Assembly: GCA_032718475.1 (NCBI GenBank)
Contig: JAUCBJ010007524.1
Location: 1-64,000, forward strand
DNA from: Nemertoderma westbladi
Taxonomy: Eukaryota > Animalia > Xenacoelomorpha
Direction of reading: 5' to 3'
DNA length: 64,000 nucleotides
Numbering within the stretch: the first letter of the stretch is position 1; every line of letters starts with the position of its first letter. The notes beneath the pieces are model-generated. The model worked only from the letters and a program-made list of their open reading frames with translations, was not told the origin of the DNA and searched no databases. Shown here piece after piece: positions 11,501-20,854 of the stretch. Both the position numbers and the translations under genes were made by a program.

Positions 11501-13756
11501 TTGATTAACAACAAGCTGAAGGTTCCTCGGGCGGAGTTAAAAGCAGCTTTATACGCTACAGCTATCGGCCGGAATGTAACAGAACAGATCGATTATCCAC
11601 TGGAGAAAACTGTTTATTGGACCGACGCTTTACTTGTGTTGGAGTATATAACGAATGAAGTCTGTCAGTTCAGCGTCTTTGTTACTAACAGAGTGGCCAT
11701 TATTCTTAGTCGCACAACGATAGATCAATGGAGACATTGCCCTGGTACGATTAACCCAGCTGACATCGCCTCCAGGGGAGCAACTCCACAGGAACTGATA
11801 GATACTCCTGACTGGTTGGGTGGACCCGACTTCCTGAGCAAGGAAGAGGATGAATGGCCTCCTCACCTTACTACGGCTGAGATTAGACAAGCCAAGGGAG
11901 CGGAGAAAGTCAAACCCAAAACTCGGACAAGTAAATCGAAGTTATTTAAACCGACAATCGATCTATCTGTATTACATACTGCCGAAAACGATACTTCGGA
12001 TCCACAATCCCTCGCCACAAACAAGTCTGTTGTGGAAATTAGAGACAGAGATTGGAAATCTGGGATACCAGACGTCTCGCAAGGAATCTCACCCCTGCTG
12101 CAGAGAGCACTGCATCATTACAGTTCCTGGAATCGTCTCTGTAAAGCCGTCACATACTTAAAGAGATGTTTTCACCATCACTACTCCAGGACGCAGACCA
12201 CTAGTGATCCTGCTCCAGTGACATCTGCGCAAGTTAATGTTATTAAAGATCTACCTAAGTACAAGATATCAGACCGGTTTCTAAAGGAGAAGATCTGTTA
12301 CCAGGAGCATGAAGACACTAATAAGCAGCTACTGAGACTCCTACAATGCTATGAGGATTCCGATAGGTATTTTCTGTTGTTAAGAAATCCGCAGATGCGC
12401 TTAAGGGATCGCTTCTCTAGCACAATGATAGATGGGTTAATACGTGTTGGAGGAAGGCTTACCAACGCCCCATTATCCTTTGACACTAAATTCCCTATAC
12501 TCATTAGAAATCTTGAAGTACAAATCAAGATGATTGTAGATGTTCACAGTAAACTGTATCATGCTGGTAGAGAGCGAGTTCTTAGCGAAATTCGAACTCG
12601 CTATTATTTTCATAAACCACGTAGAGCTCTGAACCAAGTTCTTAGGAACTGCATACCTTGTAGGAAAGCATTCAGTAGGCCTTTAACACAGCAAGAGGCA
12701 GAATTACCTAGGGAACGAGTAAGCTTTTATGAACCACCCTTTACTAATACTGGTGTGGATTTATTTGGCCCTATTGAAGTGTATCATGCCAGGACTATAG
12801 TCAAGAGATGGTGTGTAATCTTTGTCTGCATGACTTGTAGAGCTATCCATCTCGATATGGTGAACGATCTATCTACTAACAGCTTCGTCTTATGTTTACG
12901 ACGACAGATCGCTCGTTTCGGAACTAGCAACACGATGAGATCCGATAAGGGAACGAACTTCATTGGTGCCAACAACGAAATTCAGGCTTACGTAAAGGAC
13001 TGGAATCAAAGACAGGTGGACGACCAGCTACGGATAACGGCGTCTAGCTGGACCTTTAACGCCGCCGACGCCCCTTGGTGGGGAGGAAGTTGGGAGAGAT
13101 TAATTCGAAGTGTCAAGACCGCATTTCACTTTATAGTGCCGTGCCGCGCATATCTCACCGACGAACTTCTGCGGACGTTAATGGAAGAAATCGCTGCCTA
13201 TCTTAACGAGAGACCGCTTATGCCAGTCTCATCGAGTCTCGACTCCCTGGAAGCGCTAACACCCGCGCACTTCCTACTTAAGAAACCTGTAGCCATGCTC
13301 CCACAATCCGAGATTGCCGATGGAGATGAATACTGTCGTCGAACTTGGCAGCTTATGCAGTTGCTATCCCGTCGTTTCGCTGACCATTTTGAGAAACATT
13401 ATCTGCCCACGCTACAACTTCGAACTAAGTGGTTTGCGCAGCAGGAAAATGTCAGCGCCGGAGACATGGTCCTTATTGTAGATCCGGACCTTCCACGTAG
13501 ACGGTGGCAGATAGGTCGTATCATCGAGACGCACATCTCGGAGGATGGTCTAGTGCGCTCAGTAGAACTCGTCGTCATGCGACGTAACTTCAAGAAACCC
13601 GGCATAATCTTTGAGACGCAACAACTCAATCGCCCGGTTGGTCGTTTATGTTTGCTGGAAAGAGACCGGGAACTCTCCGGAAACTATGGAAGGCAAGAAA
13701 CCCTTCCCACGACCACCTCCCTAATACCTCAAACATCTAGGGGCTCCTCAACGTAG
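5600..13756 (+). CDS. BEL/Pao Gag-Pol polyprotein (2718 aa)
   Basis: Gag (KFNGDEMKWLPF), three zinc knuckles (CALC..H..C, CYNC..GH..C, CAKC..HH.LLH), protease LLDSGS, RT YMDD, RNase H (HVFGDAS...WTDA...NPAD), integrase (HHCC, GVDLFGP, SDKGTNF, WERLIRSVK) and the typical BEL C-terminal W..GRI...DGLVR motif. Confidence 0.97.
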   Translation: MSDTQQNLSDSLIDTTICDTDRSVERLRKEFSSPPTARKVIPPVVSDPRLIHHRSIIGTRAQVKRNQEAVVLSQQHLGQEPTSQRPDSSSSSDTVELTPERGVQMAATVYSDPLLTLPAAVLTTIFIAVEEHQADWARNKRATQENYAGYTREELMPIVESQWKFPGLGLPLDLSEATWEDIHRMGVAKDTMDPAVWKRSAAGYVQGFFGSLERLEEQLFRQPQGPQEQEELLYQVRERTLRIRLILSAFEETSKRRQDTSLQVAVKTWLHRVGLKVQETAQWKSQLAERSTYEEQTDVTLSQAESEETAEKPRTRDAIDIYLSDYQRFLGDEELRRRLSGLSPNSEGTKLVLDSIDAEMLAANQAEFDEKLRLTRVREEQVKKERIEKRKVAAAAAAEAEAERKAAEAEAERKSAEAEAERKAAKAEAERKAAEAEAERKAAKAEAERKAAEAEAERKAAVAEAERRASEETIQLELENLQETQDSINKQFTANQMQMMRKSTPKRQGYTSSEEGETTDPEGGGNRSHLSRRRKTSYRRKLPDLPPAVRRQLASTDLSSIEPTAQSIKVKRLPTIVDEPEIIRPVVPKVTSVLETPVLPELNSKFPLHSTTLPVPGRTVQENIPVRIAEREIKDLSPVVPRQPATMLVTPASAVEWVEEGRRGMNLLLGQMQETVHQLKGTVREGRAELQEVQQSIALERDKLVNIQKGIPIPPVTLCQPVRSEVLHAQGVEPTRIYTASEVETPIANPIKGDYTPVANDIPYRPDNNPRNLYTDNSILNNTMAQESFTRQMARTEARQAFKVGEIVKFNGDEMKWLPFNEYYKDSIQNSVLSNGEKLRFLIKCLEGPPKLMALKFIGHPDGLRQVWDTLNIRYGNKDNIAKYLYAKLVAPRHFLSSGIIEFSDEIQEICRQLDWLGKSHEYQSSMVIGAVVSTLPKGRVCTRWDKKVLYMNEQQRRSPTMADLMSFLDGEVKLQLIKQSREKTSENKVSEKPTSRRRVTPVFYTDDGESQASQEEDSGKDTDRSYYVDKTSKDVSKYKARNNDRREQVAKTPPQSPNRMHRRKPEEKTRVHQVTQGKLSNIKPNCALCDGTHRLSACAEFLKKSLVDRRTVVWDKRLCYNCLRPGHQRRTCYSDIKCAKCGAKHHILLHSEFERDRQSQVSEPELHVQFSDVNDTNQESEMEGFYTDEISDANESCYLINTAVYRALTYEKDINDEFPPTTFAKQPSWKAPASNVGIREFPVVQVRVHGLNKSYIVNALLDSGSTGTFIDQELAEDIFAGQPKFRTKLNMSGIMQVWKSTLTADYYVGMLSTPQDKLGTQGIRSVKMVAIKNFATTQADLYNWDEDESIQHLKIPRFQTDYPGVQILIGQNAHEALETLEKRPAQPQPLQTYAVRTRIGWYFTGPSRRTLEERMPHEQIYQVNDWEVESSEVDELTEGTPYSSDNDDIYQLFEEENTIDLLTENQTWKNQANLCQLIRPTESIIYNDELNDEVERYNARTRDELAVRFFTQELVEPNSYDKALSIEEERAKQIQETTTRFLKDQGRYEIGLPFRKREPRFINNRPLAEKRINQLHRRLTANASAKEMYQTQLKKFITKGYAERVPEGTPITERTYYLTHHYVPKPGKPHEVRVVFDGSALYMGQSLNSELLPGPNLLQSLLGILLRLRQYSIAFASDIEGMFLQVKALDRDRDSLRFLWWPEGDLNQKPVEYWMTIQAFGIISSPSNACSVVRTTADDNRDAFSKEVIDNIKRDIYMDDNLKSLPSVKEALDVAKGTVECLKRGGFRLTKFTSNSHEFLEAIPVEDRGAKDLDLIHDDLPETKTLGLKWDTERDILFFQLKQRDNPVRTKRICLSILSTYFDPLGFISPVILIARSLVQQMWLENHSWDYPLKGELLKKWMKWEDSLPAIENFIISRSYFGHVLPTYSYQLHVFGDASDMGIGIVAYLRVETPDGIKVALVTSKALINNKLKVPRAELKAALYATAIGRNVTEQIDYPLEKTVYWTDALLVLEYITNEVCQFSVFVTNRVAIILSRTTIDQWRHCPGTINPADIASRGATPQELIDTPDWLGGPDFLSKEEDEWPPHLTTAEIRQAKGAEKVKPKTRTSKSKLFKPTIDLSVLHTAENDTSDPQSLATNKSVVEIRDRDWKSGIPDVSQGISPLLQRALHHYSSWNRLCKAVTYLKRCFHHHYSRTQTTSDPAPVTSAQVNVIKDLPKYKISDRFLKEKICYQEHEDTNKQLLRLLQCYEDSDRYFLLLRNPQMRLRDRFSSTMIDGLIRVGGRLTNAPLSFDTKFPILIRNLEVQIKMIVDVHSKLYHAGRERVLSEIRTRYYFHKPRRALNQVLRNCIPCRKAFSRPLTQQEAELPRERVSFYEPPFTNTGVDLFGPIEVYHARTIVKRWCVIFVCMTCRAIHLDMVNDLSTNSFVLCLRRQIARFGTSNTMRSDKGTNFIGANNEIQAYVKDWNQRQVDDQLRITASSWTFNAADAPWWGGSWERLIRSVKTAFHFIVPCRAYLTDELLRTLMEEIAAYLNERPLMPVSSSLDSLEALTPAHFLLKKPVAMLPQSEIADGDEYCRRTWQLMQLLSRRFADHFEKHYLPTLQLRTKWFAQQENVSAGDMVLIVDPDLPRRRWQIGRIIETHISEDGLVRSVELVVMRRNFKKPGIIFETQQLNRPVGRLCLLERDRELSGNYGRQETLPTTTSLIPQTSRGSST

Positions 13757-15372
13757 TACGTCTGGAGTGGGTGTATGTCTATATTATTTATCTATTTTTA
13801 TTACATTTTATATGTAAATGTTATTATGTACGTTATTATAATCGTTTTTATTTAATTTTATTTAGTAAAATGTTATTTTAGAATATTTAGTAAATTAGTG
13901 CAATATATTAGTGTTTATTACGTATTTAATTACTTATAATATATTTAGTGCGACGGCAAGAAATAATTATTTTCTCTTTCCTTACTGTCCGTATTATATT
14001 ATAAATGCGAGACTATAGTAAGATGACATGTCAGTACTTATTAAAGTACAATAAAGCCACTACTATATTTAAGTATTATTGGTAGGCAGAGTATTAGGAA
14101 TGCAAAGTTCAGATCCTCGTGTCTCGGCTAAACCAAGCTCTGGGTAGACCTTGGAAACGAATTGCCTCTTCACACTGACATTGCTTCGTGCGATATTGCT
14201 CTTCTACCTTATAACAAATAATACATATAGTAGCGTGATGTCCCTCTAACAGTAGCGTAAATCGCAAATAAATCTGTTAAACTTTTTGACCATCTGTAAT
14301 TCTAGTCGATTAAGATATCGTGGCACCCACCGATATACATGAAAGACAAATTCTAGAATCAGTGGTTAACGTCCCCAGACAAGTTCTGGAATAAATCGGT
14401 GCTCATCCTAAATATTAATTTAATATTTATTAAAATCTGTAAAACCCCGATCCTTTAAAATTTCTAGTCAATTAAGATATCGCAGTATTTACCGATATTC
14501 TTAGAAGGACTATTTTATAGAATTAAGGATCCTAAGTCCCCAGATATGCTCTGGAATAAAATTTGTGTCAATTTAACATCAAATAATAAAATTCACGGGA
14601 ATAAATTTAAATTCATATTCAAATGAATTTCATAAATTGTCATTTTGTGCAATTTATAACATTCCCAAAATTCCAGTAATTAATAGATCATGGGAGCGGA
14701 GATTCATATTGAGTGTACTAGAGTGCGAGAATCTCCAACATATAGTCAATAGCCGATAAAATTTATAAAATCATGCATAAAGAGGATATTGACAATTAAA
14801 GAATTACTATTAAATAGCATCACAGATCTGTATGCATGAGAATTACCCTAATTCTACCGCTAGTTTTCCATAATGTCACCATGGCAACACCCACGCTAGA
14901 ATTAGAAGCAAGTTAAAGGAACAATAAAAAGCTTGCCCCATTGCGTAGCATAAGAGTATACATAGCGCACTATTAGTATCCAAGGATACATAGTAATAAC
15001 GTGACATTCTGGAAGACACTGATTAACGGACAAATGGCCTGCATGTGTGCAGTAAGTAATGATTGTATGGAATTTGTGCGTTTATAGGTGAATGTTACTA
15101 CTAAAGTGTGTTTACAGTAGCTAATCGCAATTGTAAAGTAGCCCTAACTCTACCGAGATAACCTCAAGTGGATTCAAGCCTTTGGGACGGACAGTGGTGG
15201 GACTTGTGCCGGTTATCGTTGTCGTGCTGTTGCTACATGTTGGCGTAAACACCGCGACGACGGTACATCGGCGCTGAGAAACCCACTGTCCGGGGGCAAA
15301 GACTAGTAGGCAGCGACGCCCGCTTGCCTAAATATTAACTCATACTGATATTAATAAACTCAGATAGCAGAT

Positions 15373-18300
15373 ATGACGGAATTGATAGAAGATGACCTTG
15401 GTATTAGAGAGCGATATACTCTACCTTTACAAGCGTTTGTGGATAGCTTGATACGCGGTGAAGCCGATCCGACTATTACGGAGGACGATGGTCGTTATAT
15501 CGAACCGCCGATGTCCCAGGAACAACTTACTCGTGAATTGGACTATAGAAAATTCACCGCTCGCTATACGAATCGTAATGGTACGTATATGGACTTCTTA
15601 ACTACCGGCCATCCTACCGATTTACATGATACGGAAATGGATGAGAGAGAAGAAGCCGCTTTAGCCCAACCCGAAGCTCAGATACTCATAACCGATCTCT
15701 ACTCTAAAACCGTCCGTCATCCCTCGATGGTTCCGCATTTCGGAGACAAACTTTTTGCAAAGATACAACCCCAACCGGTTGATATCAGCATAAGATCGCA
15801 AAATCTTATCGCTGACGCTCCTATGTTACAGCGTCCGCCAATCGAGGCCGCTCGAGTTGACGGTATACTCGTTGAACCTCCGGACAATCGAGCGGATCTT
15901 GTCCGTCGTATGGTACACGATGTCAACATACGCGCTAGACCTTTACAGAACTCTTTTTATGGAATTAAAGACCACCCTTATTACGTTAATCTGACTCAAT
16001 ATTATATGGTAAAACCAGAAGATCCGACGCATAATTTAAAGTTTCTACCACTAATAAATCCTCTGGACATTGTCGAACTCGAACAATTGCAAAAACATCT
16101 GGATCAGTTAGTAAAGGTAAACTCATTTCGAAAACCATATAACGTTTCTCGAATAGAGAAGGATACAGAACCTCCTTATAATCTCGATGGATTTATTAAA
16201 ACTCGATTAGTCCATTGGAATCTAGACGTATTATTCGAGGAGGAGAAAATACAAAGATATGGAAATGTGGAGACGTATACCACTCGATACATGAAGTATA
16301 GTGATCTCCCTGACGCTAATCAATGCGCCACCTTGTGGCATCCAGTAGGGATGACCCTCGAGAACGCCACCAAAGAGTGGAATGAAACTCTTAATATCAT
16401 TGAGATGTATGGCGTTGTTACTTACGATAATGAAGGTAGCGTTCCAATCGGAGAATTAGGAACTACGCGCATGATACACATACGCGGATTAGCTGGTCCC
16501 ACTCACGTGTTTACGCGAGCGTGTTCCGACGTGATCGATTATTCCTTTGAAACTCTCACCGAAACGCAAAAGAATCTCCGACATGGACAATTCGAACTCG
16601 CGCAGCGTTACGTCATTGACACCGAACGCAAACCGGCCATGGGTATCGATGGATCGATGTTACCCCAGCCCGTTCTCGAGATGTTATTCAACGAAAGAAT
16701 CATTAAAATCGGCTCAGCTGTTTACGGAGATCTCCAAAACGACTTTCGGAATATGGAAAATATCCCCTATCCTTTCGTGGATACTCAGCTGATAGCTCCT
16801 TGGGCCGAAGGCCGAGGTTTCTTTCGCACCATGTATGCTAATGCGTCTAGCAACATTACAAAGGTGCAACGAACTTCCATCGGACATCTTGCTTTTCAGG
16901 AATACGGATGGAATTTCAAGGTCGGAAATCCCATCAACTATCAACAAGTATACGGAGACCATTATTCTCGATTATACTTTGACGGACCGTTGACCGCACC
17001 TGGCGCCGTGTATAGCTTCATGAGTGTTCCACTCCGCCCCTCCTTAGCTATCTACACGATCTTCGAAAACACCGCACTTTCCGGTTGGCTAGCCGATGTG
17101 TGCAGTCGTACTATACGCGCCCATCCATTAATACTTGGGACCAAACTCGCTAAGCTAGATGAACATAATAAATTCATCCGCTTTGAATGTTTCCGACGAT
17201 TTTTAACCCCGTTTCGCAACGTAGATAGCCAATTCAAAGACCGCGCTTTGACCAAGCTCAGCTTAAGAGACTCGGCTGCGGAGAAGTTAGATAGCGCTGG
17301 ATTTGCTATTTTCAAAGACATTTGTATAATAAACCTGCACTCCTCTGTTATCCAAAGACCTCGAATCCCCACAGGTTATTCTGTCGGGGAAATTCAGACA
17401 GTAGGTCCACTTGAAGAGACAGCCATGCCTACCTCAACTATACAAGGGGAAGACGAACCCATATGCTTAGAATCTGAAGAGATTCAGCCCCCCACGTCTC
17501 GGAGTAGCGATAGCGACTACATATTGGAATGGTATCAAGGTCCACAGTGTCTTACTGCATATGATTATCGCCATGCCAATTATGTTTCTCGACAACGTTG
17601 CCGGCTGTGCGCATCGAGAGACCATATTACATCTATGGACACCAACGATCTCTGTTCCTATTTCCACGAGCAACCGTCGATGGAAATCTATTGTGCATAT
17701 TGCCGGCTTAATAATTTGCACATTTTTGCTGTCTGCCCCCAATTTATGACTCAATGCCATCATTGTCAATTAAAAGCCAGCTTTGATTGTCCCTTTAATC
17801 ATGATTTAGAGAGCGTAGATGAAATGATTGTACTACGTTATATCAGAGCTTGGGAAGCGAACGCTGATTTACATTGTGATTCACGCCATCGCTATTACCC
17901 TGGACGCGCTTACGAAGGAGTTTATGCGTTCCATCCTTATTTGTTTGCCTCCGTCGAGCAGAAATCACGCCTATCAAGTTATGAACTACTGAAGCGCGTT
18001 GGAGAATGTATTTCAACCAAATATGTACGCAAATTTCTCAGGAGCATTAATCCGAGTGACATCTATTCTTACAACTTAATAAACTTTATCCGTCACGACC
18101 CTGCCTATGGAGACTTATTTGTCAACTCACACCCCGAGTTACAGGAAGTATATCGACGGCCTTACGAGTACCGAGCCCGCGAACGCGAGTTGGAAAGAAC
18201 CATTAAACCAAGGAAGTTTCTGACTGCCTATGGCCCACCCACGGCTCTCGTTCAGACGACTCTTAAAGGACCCGTAAGAGCAGCCATCTTAAAACGCGCT

Positions 18301-18522
18301 CTAAAGGTCGTTAAACCCCTCCCCACCGAAGTGGAAGTCGACCAACCCGGCACTTCGACCGGCGGATATACCGATCGTAATCCCATACCTTCTGATGCAA
18401 TCATATTGCACCCTTCACCCAGGAGTTATAGCCCTCCTTGTAAAGTGGCTCGCCCCAAAGAGAAAAAGACTCTTGCTAGCTTTAAAAAACTGCGTAAACG
18501 CCGTCCGCGCAAGAAAGACTAA
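15373..18522 (+). CDS. Accessory ORF2 of the retrotransposon: DEDDy-type (WRN/EXD/Mut-7-like) 3'-5' exonuclease domain + Cys/His-rich zinc-binding region
   Basis: Uninterrupted 1049 aa inside the LTRs. Exo I VTYDNEG (D352/E354), Exo II LFNERIIKIGSAVYGDL (D453) then FVDTQ, Exo III PLRPSLAIYTIFE (Y561/E565). CxxC/H cluster from C743; basic C-terminus. ORF is secure; domain call is by eye. Confidence 0.75.
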   Translation: MTELIEDDLGIRERYTLPLQAFVDSLIRGEADPTITEDDGRYIEPPMSQEQLTRELDYRKFTARYTNRNGTYMDFLTTGHPTDLHDTEMDEREEAALAQPEAQILITDLYSKTVRHPSMVPHFGDKLFAKIQPQPVDISIRSQNLIADAPMLQRPPIEAARVDGILVEPPDNRADLVRRMVHDVNIRARPLQNSFYGIKDHPYYVNLTQYYMVKPEDPTHNLKFLPLINPLDIVELEQLQKHLDQLVKVNSFRKPYNVSRIEKDTEPPYNLDGFIKTRLVHWNLDVLFEEEKIQRYGNVETYTTRYMKYSDLPDANQCATLWHPVGMTLENATKEWNETLNIIEMYGVVTYDNEGSVPIGELGTTRMIHIRGLAGPTHVFTRACSDVIDYSFETLTETQKNLRHGQFELAQRYVIDTERKPAMGIDGSMLPQPVLEMLFNERIIKIGSAVYGDLQNDFRNMENIPYPFVDTQLIAPWAEGRGFFRTMYANASSNITKVQRTSIGHLAFQEYGWNFKVGNPINYQQVYGDHYSRLYFDGPLTAPGAVYSFMSVPLRPSLAIYTIFENTALSGWLADVCSRTIRAHPLILGTKLAKLDEHNKFIRFECFRRFLTPFRNVDSQFKDRALTKLSLRDSAAEKLDSAGFAIFKDICIINLHSSVIQRPRIPTGYSVGEIQTVGPLEETAMPTSTIQGEDEPICLESEEIQPPTSRSSDSDYILEWYQGPQCLTAYDYRHANYVSRQRCRLCASRDHITSMDTNDLCSYFHEQPSMEIYCAYCRLNNLHIFAVCPQFMTQCHHCQLKASFDCPFNHDLESVDEMIVLRYIRAWEANADLHCDSRHRYYPGRAYEGVYAFHPYLFASVEQKSRLSSYELLKRVGECISTKYVRKFLRSINPSDIYSYNLINFIRHDPAYGDLFVNSHPELQEVYRRPYEYRARERELERTIKPRKFLTAYGPPTALVQTTLKGPVRAAILKRALKVVKPLPTEVEVDQPGTSTGGYTDRNPIPSDAIILHPSPRSYSPPCKVARPKEKKTLASFKKLRKRRPRKKD

Positions 18523-18600
18523 CTGTTTAGAGTATTTTTATATTTTAGAAACTGTGATTTTGTATATTTTATAGACTTAAATCCCATTTTCTGGGAGCGG

Positions 18601-19798
18601 TGTAAAAGCTTTTGTGGGATAACTGATTCGTTTGCTTTGCTAACCAGTTCCCCCCCAGTCGCTGAATACTCTAAAAAGGGATATCTAGCTAGAATAGTGC
18701 AAGCTACCGGCTGATTGGCTGATTTGCTGTGCGAAGGGATCTGGGTTCTGCTCGATCGGCCAACCAGCTTAGGGAGGTTGCCTCAGCCCTGTTTTCCGTA
18801 TCGGCCAATAGAATTTGAGTTGGCGTTGATTTTGACCTATCCCAGAGCTACTGAACTGAATTTCCTATCTGTATGCTCATCCTCTGTGTTGGACGGGAGC
18901 TTCGGGGAATAAGGGTAGTTGGTATCCTCGTATAGAGTAGTAGTTATATGATTCTTCATATTATTCTGTTGTTGTGTTCCCATTTTTCGCCAGAACACCG
19001 GCTTTTGGGAAGAACTCTAGTAAAACTGCTTAAATTATAGAAAGTATAACTGTTACCTAACTAACTCACTAGTAGTCATATGATTCTCCCGAACTTAACT
19101 TATTAATTATATTGTTTGTACTGTTATTTACCGTCAGTTATTAATTGTATCGATTTGTTGATGAAATATTGCCCTTTGGAGAATACTGATAAATCACCCA
19201 AAATTCCCAATTTTCTTGATACACTACAGGTTAGAGAGACAGGCTATACATAACAATTGCGATTTATATCAATGTGGTGTGTATTGAATCTCATGTTATT
19301 TAGCAGACACTACATGAGTCAATTGCTGTTCTCTTTATGTGTGATCAAATTTACTGACGGTCGGCAGAATAGTGTGCATGATTGTGATTGGTAACAAAGC
19401 ATTTCCTAAAGAATGCGCCTTATACTTTAATCATAAGCATTATCGTTGCGTTTAGTATAAGTCCTAGCTCTGTTTAAATAGATAGAGCGCCACGTCCAAA
19501 AGGAACTGTTAATATTTCCCGAAAGTTAATAATATCTGTCAGAAATTACATATGAGTGATCAATCGAATAATACAGTAGGTTTACACTGCAATCTTACAC
19601 TGCAATAATAAAATTTAAGCATCCGAATTCAGCCTCCCGGGTGTATCCATCGGGTGAATGATCGCGCATGGGCTGGCTTCGGTTAATGTTTTGTTTATTA
19701 GCATAAAATATTGTCGTATGCTAAAGGTTTTTTAATTAACTAAAAGACATATAAATTTTGGCAGGTTAAACTGCTAAAGGTCTTCAAAAGCGCGAACA
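18601..19798 (+). repeat. 3' LTR
   Basis: Copy of 2426-3623, preceded by short purine-rich GGGAGCGG (putative PPT) and followed by the TSD. Confidence 0.97.
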
Positions 19799-20135
19799 GG
19801 TGTTGACATGATAAATTAATATTTCAGTATCAAAACTATTATTATTATTTTAATTAATTCAATTCGGACTTGCCGACAATAAAATATAAGATAAAATAAA
19901 GTACTGGGATGCATTGCACAAATAAACATGATATATAGCCAGCTATGTATGTAGTTATAAGGAAAATTAGGTTGCACAAAGGTAAACTTCCGAAATCAAA
20001 ATTACGAGTCAAAATGCAGGCCACAGGGGGGCGAGACACAATGAAGTAAAATTAGTATTACATACTATCGCCAAGGTAAGTTTTAATAATTTTTACAAAT
20101 TGGGTTGCCTCCACACCTAAAAATATATTACTTAA

Positions 20136-20854
20136 GGGGGGGGTACACCATTTTCGGACAACTCCTCGATTTATCACTCTCAGCGTTTCAAAATTGTTTG
20201 ATTTTGGCTAAAATTTGGCATATAGGTGCCTAAGATGCTATTCTACATGACAGGCCTGAAATTTTTTTTTTTCGCTTTTTAATATTAGTTAATACTAGTT
20301 AACATAAAAAAAAACTTGGTTGCGCTTAAAACCCTAAGGCTTTTACAGTTTTGAATCTAATCACATGAAAGTTTTTTTATATGATAGATCACAGATGGGG
20401 CAACATAACTATCAGGCGAAATTTTGTTAAAATAATTCTGCACCGCTAGGTGGCGCTGCAAATTTATGCAAATTTTTAGGTTTTTTATAAATAGTATTAA
20501 ATTTTATTAACAAAAAATTTCGAAAAGTTGCCTGATACTTTTATGCAGGGTGGCTATCTAGACACCCACAGGAAGTTTCAGACTAATTACTCAAAAATTG
20601 TAGAAGTAGTAGGGTTTTGAAGTTGACAATTTCATGAAAAAAATATTTGGAGATAATCGACCTTTCATTATACATAGTAATAGTAATTTCAATAGGATTC
20701 CGTAAATGGAAATTTACATAACTTGAAAACTAAAAGAGCTATTAAATAGCGGTTTTCAGATTTGGAAACACCATTCAATGGTGCATTGCAATAGACCATA
20801 AAAAAAATTTCGACATATTTTGGACCAAAATGGTGTACCCCCCCCCCCCCCCCC
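20136..20854. mobile_element. MITE with TTAA TSD (Kolobok-like)
   Basis: TTAA|GGGGGGGGTACACCATTTT ... AAAATGGTGTACCCC|TTAA terminal inverted repeats. Confidence 0.8.

Larger units (their letters stand above)
2426..19798 (+). mobile_element. Full-length BEL/Pao LTR retrotransposon with an extra ORF
   Basis: Two 1198-bp direct LTRs (TGT...ACA), 5-bp TSD GGTGT at 2421-2425 and 19799-19803, single gag-pol ORF with BEL/Pao domain order PR-RT-RH-IN. Confidence 0.97.

Noticed and set aside
15373-18522. ORF2 as an env gene
   Set aside because: No evident signal peptide or transmembrane anchor; motifs fit an exonuclease instead.
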